Part shown: positions 1 to 7,673 of the stretch, piece by piece
How the letters are laid out: every line of letters starts with the position of its first letter
Numbering within the stretch: the stretch's first letter is position 1
IMG/VR virus record: IMGVR_UViG_3300017747_002313
Strand: one strand, 5' to 3'
Length of the DNA stretch: 20,000 nucleotides
Source of the DNA: an uncultured virus (IMG/VR IMGVR_UViG_3300017747_002313)
Taxonomy: Duplodnaviria > Heunggongvirae > Uroviricota > Caudoviricetes > Crassvirales
The notes under the pieces: generated by a model
Seen by the model: the letters and a program-made list of their open reading frames with translations, nothing else
Told to the model about the DNA's origin: nothing
The model's database searches: none
Position numbers and translations under genes: made by a program

Positions 1-1118
1 ATAAACAAGCTATATAACCCTGATTTAGTCTGACCGTTCGCTGATCTAATTTTAGGATTAGAGTCCATGTATAACTTCTTAAAGTTGTTACCACCCTTCT
101 CTAGTGCGTTTGATGTAGAACCCATCATACACTTACCAATTACCTTAGATCCTAGTCGAAGACATGTCTTTGTTACACGCCAGTTGTTCAATATGTTATC
201 AGGCTTGAGCCATTTTCCAGATTCATCATGCACCAATAGTAAAAGCTTTTCACCATCGTATGAGTTGTCAGCTGTATTCTTCCAGTCAATAGTTGTGTCA
301 AGACCTTCAATATCGTCAGTCTTTTCCTCGTTCATACTCTTCTTAGTAATCTTTGAAGCTGGAACCCTGAACGAAAGCTCTGTCTTTGGATTATCCATAC
401 CATCCTGAACAGGCTTAAAGAAGAATGGGTAGTTCCTAACTATTGGAACAACCTTATCTGTAAACATCTTCTTGGCATCAGGACCAGTCTTAGAAAGTAT
501 ACCAAGCCTAGAGTCCTTAGATATTGTACCTAAGTTAGACACCTCACCAGAACTCATGAACGAGAATCCACTACGACGGTTCTTAAGGTAACACATACCA
601 AAAGAACGTTCGTCAGCCTTGCATGCCTCCCAATAGATGTAGAATATTCTGTTGGATTCACGGAAGTCAGGAAGACCGATATCTATCTTAGACCACTGAA
701 GATACATGTAGTGAGTACCTGTCATGTAAGTGGGCTCACCATCATTCATAAACCAGTACCCAAACTCACGTCTGTCAAACTCATTCTCGATGTAGTCAAC
801 CCACTGTGATTTAAATACATTATCACGTCTTGACCACTCGAACGAAGACTTTATTTTCTGAAGTTCTTTCGGGTACTCATGTGGCATCCATCTGTTTTCT
901 CCAACCTCCAAATCTTTCGGCGTCCTAGGAAGTGCGATATTAAGACCATTAATGTAATATATGTCGCCAATAGTACCATCTTTCGAAATAATAATTAAGT
1001 CATAGTCACGATCATATCCATACTGCCAAGACTTAGCAGCGTTCTTTGTCGAACGAGCAGTCTTGTTTACGTGATCGTTGTTTATTTTATATAGATCATA
1101 TTTACTATTTCTTCGCAT
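1..1118 (-). CDS. terL: Phage terminase large subunit (N-terminal ATPase part; runs off the window, missing from the ORF track)
   Basis: Manual translation from ATG at 1118: MRRNSKYDLYKINNDH...; Walker A-like GMCYLKNRRSGFSFMSSGE, Walker B LLLVHDESGKW and motif III-like MGSTSN. Confidence 0.9.
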   Translation of the reverse strand, partial: MRRNSKYDLYKINNDHVNKTARSTKNAAKSWQYGYDRDYDLIIISKDGTIGDIYYINGLNIALPRTPKDLEVGENRWMPHEYPKELQKIKSSFEWSRRDNVFKSQWVDYIENEFDRREFGYWFMNDGEPTYMTGTHYMYLQWSKIDIGLPDFRESNRIFYIYWEACKADERSFGMCYLKNRRSGFSFMSSGEVSNLGTISKDSRLGILSKTGPDAKKMFTDKVVPIVRNYPFFFKPVQDGMDNPKTELSFRVPASKITKKSMNEEKTDDIEGLDTTIDWKNTADNSYDGEKLLLLVHDESGKWLKPDNILNNWRVTKTCLRLGSKVIGKCMMGSTSNALEKGGNNFKKLYMDSNPKIRSANGQTKSGLYSLF

Positions 1119-1404
1119 TGCTTCTTGCCCTTCCCTCTGCAAATCCTCCGCTACCAGATAACACAACTGGCATAGAACCAATAGTCTCTTTCGCACGCTC
1201 TGCATCTATACGCTCAAGTATAGATAGCGCATCCTCAAATGCAAGCCTCTTAGCAGCAGCGGCATTCTTCATCTTATCCACTGACAAGTCGTCGTCAATA
1301 GAGTAGTTTACAATTTGCTGTTCGAGTACCTTAATAAGCTCGTCAACAGACTTCTCTGCTGCACGTAGTACTCTGTCCTTCTTATCTCTTAGATTTTCAA
1401 GCAT
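1105..1404 (-). CDS. Conserved phage helical protein, possible terminase small subunit
   Basis: 99 aa, helical, overlaps the terL start; DKMKNAAAAKRLAFEDALSIL segment. The function is inferred from position only. Confidence 0.55.
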   Translation of the reverse strand: MLENLRDKKDRVLRAAEKSVDELIKVLEQQIVNYSIDDDLSVDKMKNAAAAKRLAFEDALSILERIDAERAKETIGSMPVVLSGSGGFAEGRARSNAKK

Positions 1405-1955
1405 AGACTACTTAATTTCATTCGGTATAACTTAGTATCATCGATGTTGAACTCGTACTCAGATTCAGGCTTGAATGAGACAACGTCTCCAACCTTAACA
1501 TCCTCTCCTTCTGGTATATACTCAACAACACCCTTAAGCTCTGACTCTACGTTTATAGTAGATATAGTTCCATCCTCATTCTCATGAAGCATTGGACGTA
1601 CAAAGCAATAAGGACGTGGAGCACTCCATTCTACAGAGAATTCTTTCTTGTACAAGTACAACTGATCTGGCTCTATCATGAAGATATCATCTCTAAAGTA
1701 GTTCCAACTTGAACGCTCGTTACCCTTCATATCGTAATACAACCTAAATACATTGTGGTGAACTACAACAAGATCTCCATTAGATATTTCTCCTTTATAA
1801 CCGATAGGGGTAGCAACAACTACCCCTATTCGATTTGTGTATCTGTGGTCCTCTTGAGATGAGGACATAATGAAATCCTTTCCATTCAAGTTCTTGGATG
1901 CATTATATCGTACACCTTGATGAGGACGCACAATAAAGTAGTGTGGTGACTTCAT
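1389..1955 (-). CDS. Protein with two tandem GroES-like (Cpn10) domains
   Basis: Two GroES-like patterns: YFIVRP...GVVVATP...ISNGDLVVV and YCFVRP...KGVVEY...VKVGDVVSFKPESEYEFNIDDTKLYRMKLSSL. Confidence 0.7.
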   Translation of the reverse strand: MKSPHYFIVRPHQGVRYNASKNLNGKDFIMSSSQEDHRYTNRIGVVVATPIGYKGEISNGDLVVVHHNVFRLYYDMKGNERSSWNYFRDDIFMIEPDQLYLYKKEFSVEWSAPRPYCFVRPMLHENEDGTISTINVESELKGVVEYIPEGEDVKVGDVVSFKPESEYEFNIDDTKLYRMKLSSLCLKI

Positions 1956-2173
1956 TAGAAGTTTATATTATACTCGATAGATACTGGAACTGTTTGACCT
2001 ATAGACTTCCACTTGACAGCTTCTCCATCCTTCTCAACCCATATATCGTAAATTCCTTCATCAGTTCTCATGATGTCAAAAACGGTATACTCACCACCCA
2101 TAACAGGCTTTCCAACTTGGAAATGCATGGCGTTTAAAAGATCTGTCCCTATGGAAATCTTGCGAATTATCAT
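1955..2173 (-). CDS. Hypothetical phage protein
   Basis: 72 aa ORF, translationally coupled to both neighbours. Confidence 0.75.
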   Translation of the reverse strand: MIIRKISIGTDLLNAMHFQVGKPVMGGEYTVFDIMRTDEGIYDIWVEKDGEAVKWKSIGQTVPVSIEYNINF

Positions 2174-2415
2174 GATATCTCGCCAGTCTGCATATTAATG
2201 CGACCCTCACCGTACTTGTCGTGAATCTCCTTCTGAACTACTGCTAGTTCGTTGTGAGCTACGTCAAGGTTAATAAGTGTAGTCTGCTTGTCTGTCTTAA
2301 GACGTTCCTCTGTGATCGTGATATCAGCTAGGTGTTCTCTTAGCTGATAGTAATTTGTTCTCGCAGCAACGAACTTTTCTAGTTCTTCAGCTGTTAATAC
2401 TTTTTTCTTAGCCAT
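2170..2415 (-). CDS. Hypothetical coiled-coil phage protein
   Basis: Likely start is ATG 2415 (MAKKKVLT...), downstream of the promoter at 2437-2444; heptad-rich, ends KYGEGRINMQTGEIS. Confidence 0.7.
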   Translation of the reverse strand: MAKKKVLTAEELEKFVAARTNYYQLREHLADITITEERLKTDKQTTLINLDVAHNELAVVQKEIHDKYGEGRINMQTGEIS

Positions 2416-2431
2416 TTTATTTAATTTAATT

Positions 2432-2460
2432 TGTCGCAAATATAGTCAATAATTGCGACA
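2432..2460 (-). promoter_or_regulatory. Bacteroidota-type -7 promoter box (TATATTTG) inside an 8-bp inverted repeat
   Basis: Minus-strand TATATTTG at 2437-2444; TGTCGCAA (2432-2439) pairs with TTGCGACA (2453-2460). Confidence 0.65.
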
Positions 2461-2463
2461 GAA

Positions 2464-2898
2464 TTATATATCGTAAGTAGTAATTTCTATATATAGACCT
2501 GCTAATAAACTATTAGCTAATGTTCCAGAGTTATGTGTCTTAAATAAGACAGAATTATCGTTAACTACAGAGAACTCATAAGTAACTTCCTCAGCAGTAC
2601 CAACACCTACAATACATGCAGCGTTAACTGAATCAAATGATCCATTAGATGTAAACGTGTATTGTCCAACATTAGTATAAGACCAAGTACCAGCAATAGT
2701 ATTTCCAGGAACAACTGTAGCCACAGGAGCAGTAAGTCCTGTCTGCGTTAAGAACGCACGGTAAACTTTAGATGATCTACCTAAATCAGCAACTGACTGA
2801 ACAGTAACGTTTTTAGTCTCACCAGTATTTGCATCTGATGTTAGCATCTTATCTCCTGGGTTAGGAGTCTCTGTCTGATAGTTATTAATTTTTCCCAT
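2464..2898 (-). CDS. Putative virion structural protein
   Basis: 144 aa, T/S/G/V-rich beta-type sequence (KVYRAFLTQTGLTAP...YIEITTY) in the late region. Confidence 0.6.
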   Translation of the reverse strand: MGKINNYQTETPNPGDKMLTSDANTGETKNVTVQSVADLGRSSKVYRAFLTQTGLTAPVATVVPGNTIAGTWSYTNVGQYTFTSNGSFDSVNAACIVGVGTAEEVTYEFSVVNDNSVLFKTHNSGTLANSLLAGLYIEITTYDI

Positions 2899-2910
2899 AA
2901 CGCAAATTAT

Positions 2911-2940
2911 TATTTACAAAGATAGTGTTTTTTGTAAATA
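2911..2940 (-). promoter_or_regulatory. Bacteroidota-type -7 promoter box (TATCTTTG) inside a perfect 10-bp inverted repeat
   Basis: Minus-strand TATCTTTG at 2917-2924; TATTTACAAA (2911-2920) pairs with TTTGTAAATA (2931-2940). Confidence 0.65.
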
Positions 2941-3081
2941 TTATCTTCCCTGACCCTTGTACGCCTTCTTGTAGTTCTTACTACTCTTAAGCTTAGATGT
3001 CTTTGTCTTAGAATGAATGCCAGGTCTTTCTACGTGTACCTTAGCAACTCTAGTTGATTCCTGAGATTTAATCTTAGCCAT
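2941..3081 (-). CDS. Small basic peptide ending YKGQGR (46 aa; not in the ORF track)
   Basis: MAKIKSQESTRVAKVHVERPGIHSKTKTSKLKSSKNYKKAYKGQGR; its ATG overlaps the amidase stop (TAATG). Confidence 0.75.
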   Translation of the reverse strand: MAKIKSQESTRVAKVHVERPGIHSKTKTSKLKSSKNYKKAYKGQGR

Positions 3082-3755
3082 TACAGTGATTTTAACATTT
3101 CAATCATTCGTGGACATGGGTAGATGTCCGACTTATCTTTACGGTAAGAGTTGTGGCTGTACACACCTGGCGCTGCCGACAGTGCGTTCTTAGAAACTCT
3201 CCACATGTCTTCCTCCTTATACTCTATTGGAATGTTCCATAAGTTCTTCCAGTAAACAAGAAGATCTCTAACAGCCTCTATCTGTGCGTCAGTATACCTG
3301 TGGTAGTACTTGTGACCTTTATAAGGAACAGCTAACTCACATACCTGATCAGCAGGAACTAATCGATCTACATAGTTATAGTACTTACCATTCTTATTTG
3401 TAAGTGGACCCCAGTTACATATCTCAATACCTATAGCGATAGGATCTAGTGATCGGTACGGAAGACCGTTAGCTCTGAATACATCAGGCTTAATTCCTAG
3501 GTGATATGCCCAAAACTTAGATGCAAACGCCTGACAGATCTCTCCATCGTATGTGTCTCTAGAAAGACCTTTACCAGAGATAGTAATACACGTCGCAATA
3601 CGACCTCTATCGTCGTTGTCCCACATCTTGATCGTTGCTGGACCTGATGAGTTACCTGCTGTGTGGTGAAGTACTATCTGAAGCTTTTTAGTAGATTCCT
3701 TAATGTACTGGCTTTCTTTTAACGGAACTTGCTTGATTTTTTTTATATCTAACAT
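3081..3755 (-). CDS. Endolysin, N-acetylmuramoyl-L-alanine amidase (Amidase_2 type)
   Basis: IVLHHTAG, AIGIEICN, YTDAQIEAVRDLL and YSHNSYRKDKSDIYP Zn-amidase motifs; lies next to holin- and spanin-like genes. Confidence 0.9.
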   Translation of the reverse strand: MLDIKKIKQVPLKESQYIKESTKKLQIVLHHTAGNSSGPATIKMWDNDDRGRIATCITISGKGLSRDTYDGEICQAFASKFWAYHLGIKPDVFRANGLPYRSLDPIAIGIEICNWGPLTNKNGKYYNYVDRLVPADQVCELAVPYKGHKYYHRYTDAQIEAVRDLLVYWKNLWNIPIEYKEEDMWRVSKNALSAAPGVYSHNSYRKDKSDIYPCPRMIEMLKSL

Positions 3756-3756
3756 A

Positions 3757-4233
3757 CTACTGGAATTTAAATAAAAAAATAGCTAGAACCAAAAGAGCAG
3801 CAAGAATAACCCATACCCAAGGATTCGACTTATTCTCCTGACGAACTACTGTTCGTTCTGTCTTTTTATCTTGCTTATGTTGTTTAGTCTGAAACTTTAG
3901 TGCTAACTTAAGACTGTCGTTCTGAAGCTTCATCATCTTCTCCATATGCTTGAACATATCTTCAAAGTACTTACGCTCCTGCTTTGACATACTTGACTTA
4001 ATAGTATTTGTCACAGTATAAGGAAAGCTATCTTTTACTAAGTGCCTAACCTCAAAATTGTTAGTCTCTTTATTATATATAGTATCGTATTCGTAATGGT
4101 ACTTCCATACAGTGTCTGACTTAATAACAGCACCTTTAGATTTAGCAATAGCTATATGCTTTTCTGCCTTCATCAAGTGCTTTTCTGCACTGCAAGAGTA
4201 CAGTAAGAATAGTACTATAAATAACCTATACAT
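3757..4233 (-). CDS. Lipoprotein with C-terminal transmembrane helix; unimolecular spanin-like
   Basis: From ATG 4233: MYRLFIVLFLLYSC (lipobox Cys); C-terminus PWVWVILAALLVLAIFLFKFQ; lies between holin and endolysin. Confidence 0.65.
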   Translation of the reverse strand: MYRLFIVLFLLYSCSAEKHLMKAEKHIAIAKSKGAVIKSDTVWKYHYEYDTIYNKETNNFEVRHLVKDSFPYTVTNTIKSSMSKQERKYFEDMFKHMEKMMKLQNDSLKLALKFQTKQHKQDKKTERTVVRQENKSNPWVWVILAALLVLAIFLFKFQ

Positions 4234-4726
4234 TGTTCTTTGCTCCACCTATAAATTCAATAACTCCATTTATTGCGTCTCTAAGTATAACAACAGTCTC
4301 TTTTACTGACTTAAGTATGTTATTACCTGAGATGTCAAACCAGTTCTCGTTTATTGACGAAAGTTCAATAATACAGAATATAATAAGTAGAATATTTGTA
4401 AATATCGCCTTTGTAACTACTATATACTCAATAGATAGGTACTGCATAAATCCTTTTGTAAATGGAGTTAGCATGTAGAAATCTAAAGGAAATACAGCTA
4501 GTGCAAACAATAAGTATCCACTACCTTTAAGAATGTATCCCTTTCTAAGCATCTTAGATGCAAACACATCCATAAATTTACGTCCTTCTTTTTTAGATTG
4601 TATCTTAAGTGATATTAACTTAACTATCGTATCTACACCCATAGCTCCCATTAGAAGTATAATAGACAACTCAATAGGAGAAATAAAACCTATGAATAGT
4701 GTAAATATGGTAGCTAGTTTTTTCAT
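4226..4726 (-). CDS. Holin (multi-TM, phage holin 4-like)
   Basis: Several hydrophobic segments, D-T-I-V then basic loop, FCIIELSSINENW motif; first gene of the lysis cassette. Confidence 0.75.
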   Translation of the reverse strand: MKKLATIFTLFIGFISPIELSIILLMGAMGVDTIVKLISLKIQSKKEGRKFMDVFASKMLRKGYILKGSGYLLFALAVFPLDFYMLTPFTKGFMQYLSIEYIVVTKAIFTNILLIIFCIIELSSINENWFDISGNNILKSVKETVVILRDAINGVIEFIGGAKNNV

Positions 4727-4944
4727 TCTTCAAATGAATCTGGATTTGGCTTAGGTTCGTAAGGAATCAAAGGTAGTTCTTTCACCCACATTAAATCAGG
4801 AGTAATACATTGGTCTATTTCTTCAACTGAGATAATCCAATTATCGTTCAAGTCCTGAATAGGATTGAAATACGAATCATCGTCATATAACTGACCTAAT
4901 AATTCGTCTTTTTGTACTTCTGTTAATAGCCCTACTTGTATCAT
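4723..4944 (-). CDS. Conserved hypothetical phage protein
   Basis: 73 aa acidic protein (YFNPIQDLNDNWIISVEE...WVKELPLIPYEPKP), coupled to the holin start. Confidence 0.75.
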   Translation of the reverse strand: MIQVGLLTEVQKDELLGQLYDDDSYFNPIQDLNDNWIISVEEIDQCITPDLMWVKELPLIPYEPKPNPDSFEE

Positions 4945-5672
4945 ATTTGTCTAAAATTATTTAAAATATCTTTAAATGTTTCGTGAGAGTAAGCACCTTT
5001 TGCTTTGTTAGTCCATACACATACGAAATGTACATTACCTTGTACATATCCTAATTCATTGTCAATTCTATCTAAAGATAATAAATAAGGACTTGAAGTC
5101 ATTTCTCTTTTTTCATTATATGTTTTAGGACAAAGCATATCCATATTTGTGTAAGCACATTTAAAATTTTGACCTTCTAATAATTCCTGTAAATATTCAA
5201 CTGATACTTCAAACGGATAATTTCTTGATTTTGCATTTGTTCTCCATCTTCCGTACAAAGCATTATGAATATCTTTAGTTCCTCCTTTATTACAATTTCT
5301 TAGTTTTCTAACTCCTGTCTCCCATGCTTTTTTACTTCCAGAACCTTTACCAGTTAGTCTTTCTATTTTATTCCTATCTAATAGGAATCTTACCTTTTCA
5401 GCTCCTATTTTGTACTTTTTAGTTAAATCTAACTGTGTTGCACCATTTATGTAGTCATTACACAAGTCATCTTCATAAGGAAATCTATTTTGTTTTATAG
5501 CAGAGTAAAGCTCTGTTTTACCCAAAACATCAATGCCATGCATTTTCATTGTTCTTCTAACTCTATCCGTTGTAGCGTTTAAATCTTTAGCAATTTCATG
5601 CGTTGTCTTTTTACCATATTGCTCACGGATGTAATCTACATCTAGTGGCTTTAAACTATTCCATCTTCCCAT
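4941..5672 (-). CDS. HNH/His-Me-finger homing endonuclease-like protein with N-terminal HTH-like repeats
   Basis: C-terminal QNFKCAYT...LSLDRIDNELGYVQGNVHFVCVWTNKAK; N-terminal HTH-like THEIAKDLNATTDRVRR; likely start ATG 5672 after its own promoter. Confidence 0.75.
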   Translation of the reverse strand: MGRWNSLKPLDVDYIREQYGKKTTHEIAKDLNATTDRVRRTMKMHGIDVLGKTELYSAIKQNRFPYEDDLCNDYINGATQLDLTKKYKIGAEKVRFLLDRNKIERLTGKGSGSKKAWETGVRKLRNCNKGGTKDIHNALYGRWRTNAKSRNYPFEVSVEYLQELLEGQNFKCAYTNMDMLCPKTYNEKREMTSSPYLLSLDRIDNELGYVQGNVHFVCVWTNKAKGAYSHETFKDILNNFRQI

Positions 5673-5676
5673 GATA

Positions 5677-5708
5677 CAAATATACAACAATACAATCATT
5701 TTATCAAG
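5677..5708 (-). promoter_or_regulatory. Full Bacteroidota sigma-70-type promoter for the HNH gene
   Basis: Minus strand CTTG (5705-5708), 20-nt spacer, TATATTTG (5677-5684), then ATG at 5672. Confidence 0.65.
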
Positions 5709-6516
5709 GGATTTGGCGATTTAAAGTTGTTTGAAATGCTTGTACTGCTGTGTATAAGTTAGCTGCATCTGTATCGGTTAAACGATCTGATATATATTGA
5801 AGTCCAAGCTGATAATTATTATACCAAATTGGTGAACCATTGTCACTCCTTGCACCTAAAAAGAAAACTGTATTTGGTAATAAATTAGTAACTTTAGTTG
5901 ATTTTGTAGCTATTAAAACTCCATTAGAATAAACCTTACCACTTGTATCAGAAATTCTTGAAAAGTTAATTAATCCTGTTGTTGGTGTAAGCGTGTAAGA
6001 AAATACAACTCCATTTCCGTCAGTTGAAAAGAATTTACCAGATACATTATGATACATATCATAAAAATTAGTAACATCTCTAGCACCATAAATTTTATTT
6101 CCTGATGCATCTTGAGTTCTTGAATACAAACCAAAAGATAAATTATCAAAAACTAAATTAGTAGATGGGTTGAATTTTGTATCAGCATAAGCATTAGTTC
6201 CATTTGGTTGTGCTCCGTTAGCTGAGTGAGTCCATCCACCATTAAACACTAATCTAAATGCAGCATCAGTATCTCTTGGGTTTTTAAGATTGAATTTATG
6301 CTGACTTGCTGTTCCTCCAACAAACGGATATAATGCTCTCATTTTAGTCCATATACCATAACTTTTCAAGTCAGTTACAAGCGTGTTAATAGCACTCTGC
6401 TGTGTAGGGTTGGTAATAGCTGCTGCTGTAATAAATTCCTGTGCGTCTGGATCGATAGGTGTGCCGCCAGACGAAGATATATTCTTTGCAAATGGACTAT
6501 ATCCGTATCCGTACAT
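5704..6516 (-). CDS. Virion/tail-associated protein, lectin (ConA/LamG)-like
   Basis: DPDAQEFITAAAIT...GIWTKMRALYPFVGGTASQHKFNLKNP followed by a beta-sandwich-like region (KVYSNGVL, FFLGAR). Confidence 0.65.
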   Translation of the reverse strand: MYGYGYSPFAKNISSSGGTPIDPDAQEFITAAAITNPTQQSAINTLVTDLKSYGIWTKMRALYPFVGGTASQHKFNLKNPRDTDAAFRLVFNGGWTHSANGAQPNGTNAYADTKFNPSTNLVFDNLSFGLYSRTQDASGNKIYGARDVTNFYDMYHNVSGKFFSTDGNGVVFSYTLTPTTGLINFSRISDTSGKVYSNGVLIATKSTKVTNLLPNTVFFLGARSDNGSPIWYNNYQLGLQYISDRLTDTDAANLYTAVQAFQTTLNRQIP

Positions 6517-6809
6517 TACTTAAGAATTAAGGCAACTGAACCAGATGCGATTTCAATTGTAAAGAACGGCTTATTAATATCCATTGGTGTTATAATAGCA
6601 CCTGCCTTAACTGCTACAGTTGGATCTGCTATATGATCATCAGTTACAGTTGCAACTATACCATTAGAGTCTTTACTCTCAATAGTGCTAAATACAGTGT
6701 CCTCTAGTGTTACTATTGCGTACACAAATGAACCAGTAAATCCATTATTATCGTTAAGGATAAATGATCCTCCTCGTGCTGTTAATATCTCTGCGTATGA
6801 ATTTGCCAT
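6516..6809 (-). CDS. Hypothetical (probable structural) protein
   Basis: 97 aa beta-rich ORF, coupled by a TAATG overlap. Confidence 0.65.
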   Translation of the reverse strand: MANSYAEILTARGGSFILNDNNGFTGSFVYAIVTLEDTVFSTIESKDSNGIVATVTDDHIADPTVAVKAGAIITPMDINKPFFTIEIASGSVALILK

Positions 6810-6815
6810 CTTTAT

Positions 6816-7070
6816 CTATTTTAAACCTTTTCTTGCTCTGTTCTTACTCCTGTGCTCCGCTACAACACCGCCTTTTTTTGTATGGCTGGCATCTCTTACG
6901 TCACCTTTTTTTAATCCTAACTTACGACGGCCTTTATTGGCTTCTACTCGTAACTCTAATCCTTTCTCAGTCTTGTTATACTTAGACTGCTGCTTGAGGC
7001 GTTTCTGATTCGCCTCTGGGTTCTCTGCGTAGTACTTCGCTGTCTTCCCTTTTGTAGTTGAACTTTTCAT
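6816..7070 (-). CDS. Small basic protein with HNH-like tail
   Basis: KGDVRDASHTKKGG...HRSKNRARKG resembles minimal phage HNH-type proteins. Confidence 0.55.
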   Translation of the reverse strand: MKSSTTKGKTAKYYAENPEANQKRLKQQSKYNKTEKGLELRVEANKGRRKLGLKKGDVRDASHTKKGGVVAEHRSKNRARKGLK

Positions 7071-7218
7071 TCAAAAATTCTTTTCTTTTATCACATCCGC
7101 ACTCCTCAATAATACCAAGCTCAACAGCCTTCTTAACAGCATACTTAATGCCTGTTACCTCGGTGATGAACTCAACAGTATCACCAAGACCCTGCTGACG
7201 TTTGATCTTTTGGATCAT
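6982..7218 (-). CDS. Conserved phage protein (GLGDTV...CGC motif)
   Basis: GLGDTVEFITEVTGIK...ECGCDKRKEFLN; start overlaps the upstream stop (ATGA). Confidence 0.7.
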   Translation of the reverse strand: MIQKIKRQQGLGDTVEFITEVTGIKYAVKKAVELGIIEECGCDKRKEFLNEKFNYKREDSEVLRREPRGESETPQAAV

Positions 7219-7388
7219 CGCTTTTTCTTCATCTGAACAGCAGACATAAGAGACATCTTAATCATAGCTTCTTTAGCTTCTTCCTGCATGTCCTTCATGT
7301 CCTCCTTGCTTTTCTTAGCACGGATCAACTTATCGATGTATGTGTCATACGACACCATCGGCTTATTGTATGGATACTTATTTTTCAT
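7215..7388 (-). CDS. Hypothetical Met/Lys-rich protein (57 aa; not in the ORF track)
   Basis: MKNKYPYNKPMVSYDTYIDKLIRAKKSKEDMKDMQEEAKEAMIKMSLMSAVQMKKKR; directly after TATATTTG at 7393-7400. Confidence 0.7.
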   Translation of the reverse strand: MKNKYPYNKPMVSYDTYIDKLIRAKKSKEDMKDMQEEAKEAMIKMSLMSAVQMKKKR

Positions 7389-7392
7389 ATTG

Positions 7393-7400
7393 CAAATATA
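7393..7400 (-). promoter_or_regulatory. -7 promoter box TATATTTG
   Basis: Matches TAnnTTTG, 4 nt upstream of ATG 7388. Confidence 0.6.
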
Positions 7401-7415
7401 GGTATTTTTAAATAA

Positions 7416-7481
7416 TTACACTTCAGGTTTTTCATCAAACCAATACCACCCATCTACTAGGTACTCGTAGTTGTCATTTTG
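7416..7481 (-). pseudogene. Start-less 3' gene remnant (QNDNYEYLVDGWYWFDEKPEV*)
   Basis: In-frame TAA immediately upstream and no start codon; resembles the Y-x-Y-P-V-D-G-W-x-W-F-D C-terminus I recall from small phage tail-associated proteins. Confidence 0.45.
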
Positions 7482-7502
7482 TTATTCGTTTTTTATTTTG
7501 CA

Positions 7503-7673
7503 TCACTCCGTTTCTATATTTTCAATAAAAGTATTGCTATCGTATAAGTAGCCTATTTGAACAGTCTCATCTACCTCAATGCAGAGCAAATTAGTCATAT
7601 TTGACGGGTCTTCAATTGATATTGTTATGTTGATTACAATACCATTTTCTATAATAGCATATTTTTTTTCCAT
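7503..7673 (-). CDS. Small protein downstream of the tail fibre (possible assembly chaperone)
   Basis: From ATG 7673 (TAATG overlap): MEKKYAIIENGIVINITI...VQIGYLYDSNTF, a pattern that typically follows glycine-rich fibre genes. Confidence 0.65.
   Translation of the reverse strand: MEKKYAIIENGIVINITISIEDPSNMTNLLCIEVDETVQIGYLYDSNTFIENIETE

Noticed and set aside
67..1306. Plus-strand ORFs 67-408 and 1046-1306
   Set aside because: Antisense shadows of terL and its upstream gene, with no motifs or initiation signals.
4941..5703. Group I intron around the HNH gene
   Set aside because: Both flanking genes look intact and there is no non-coding space for an intron core.
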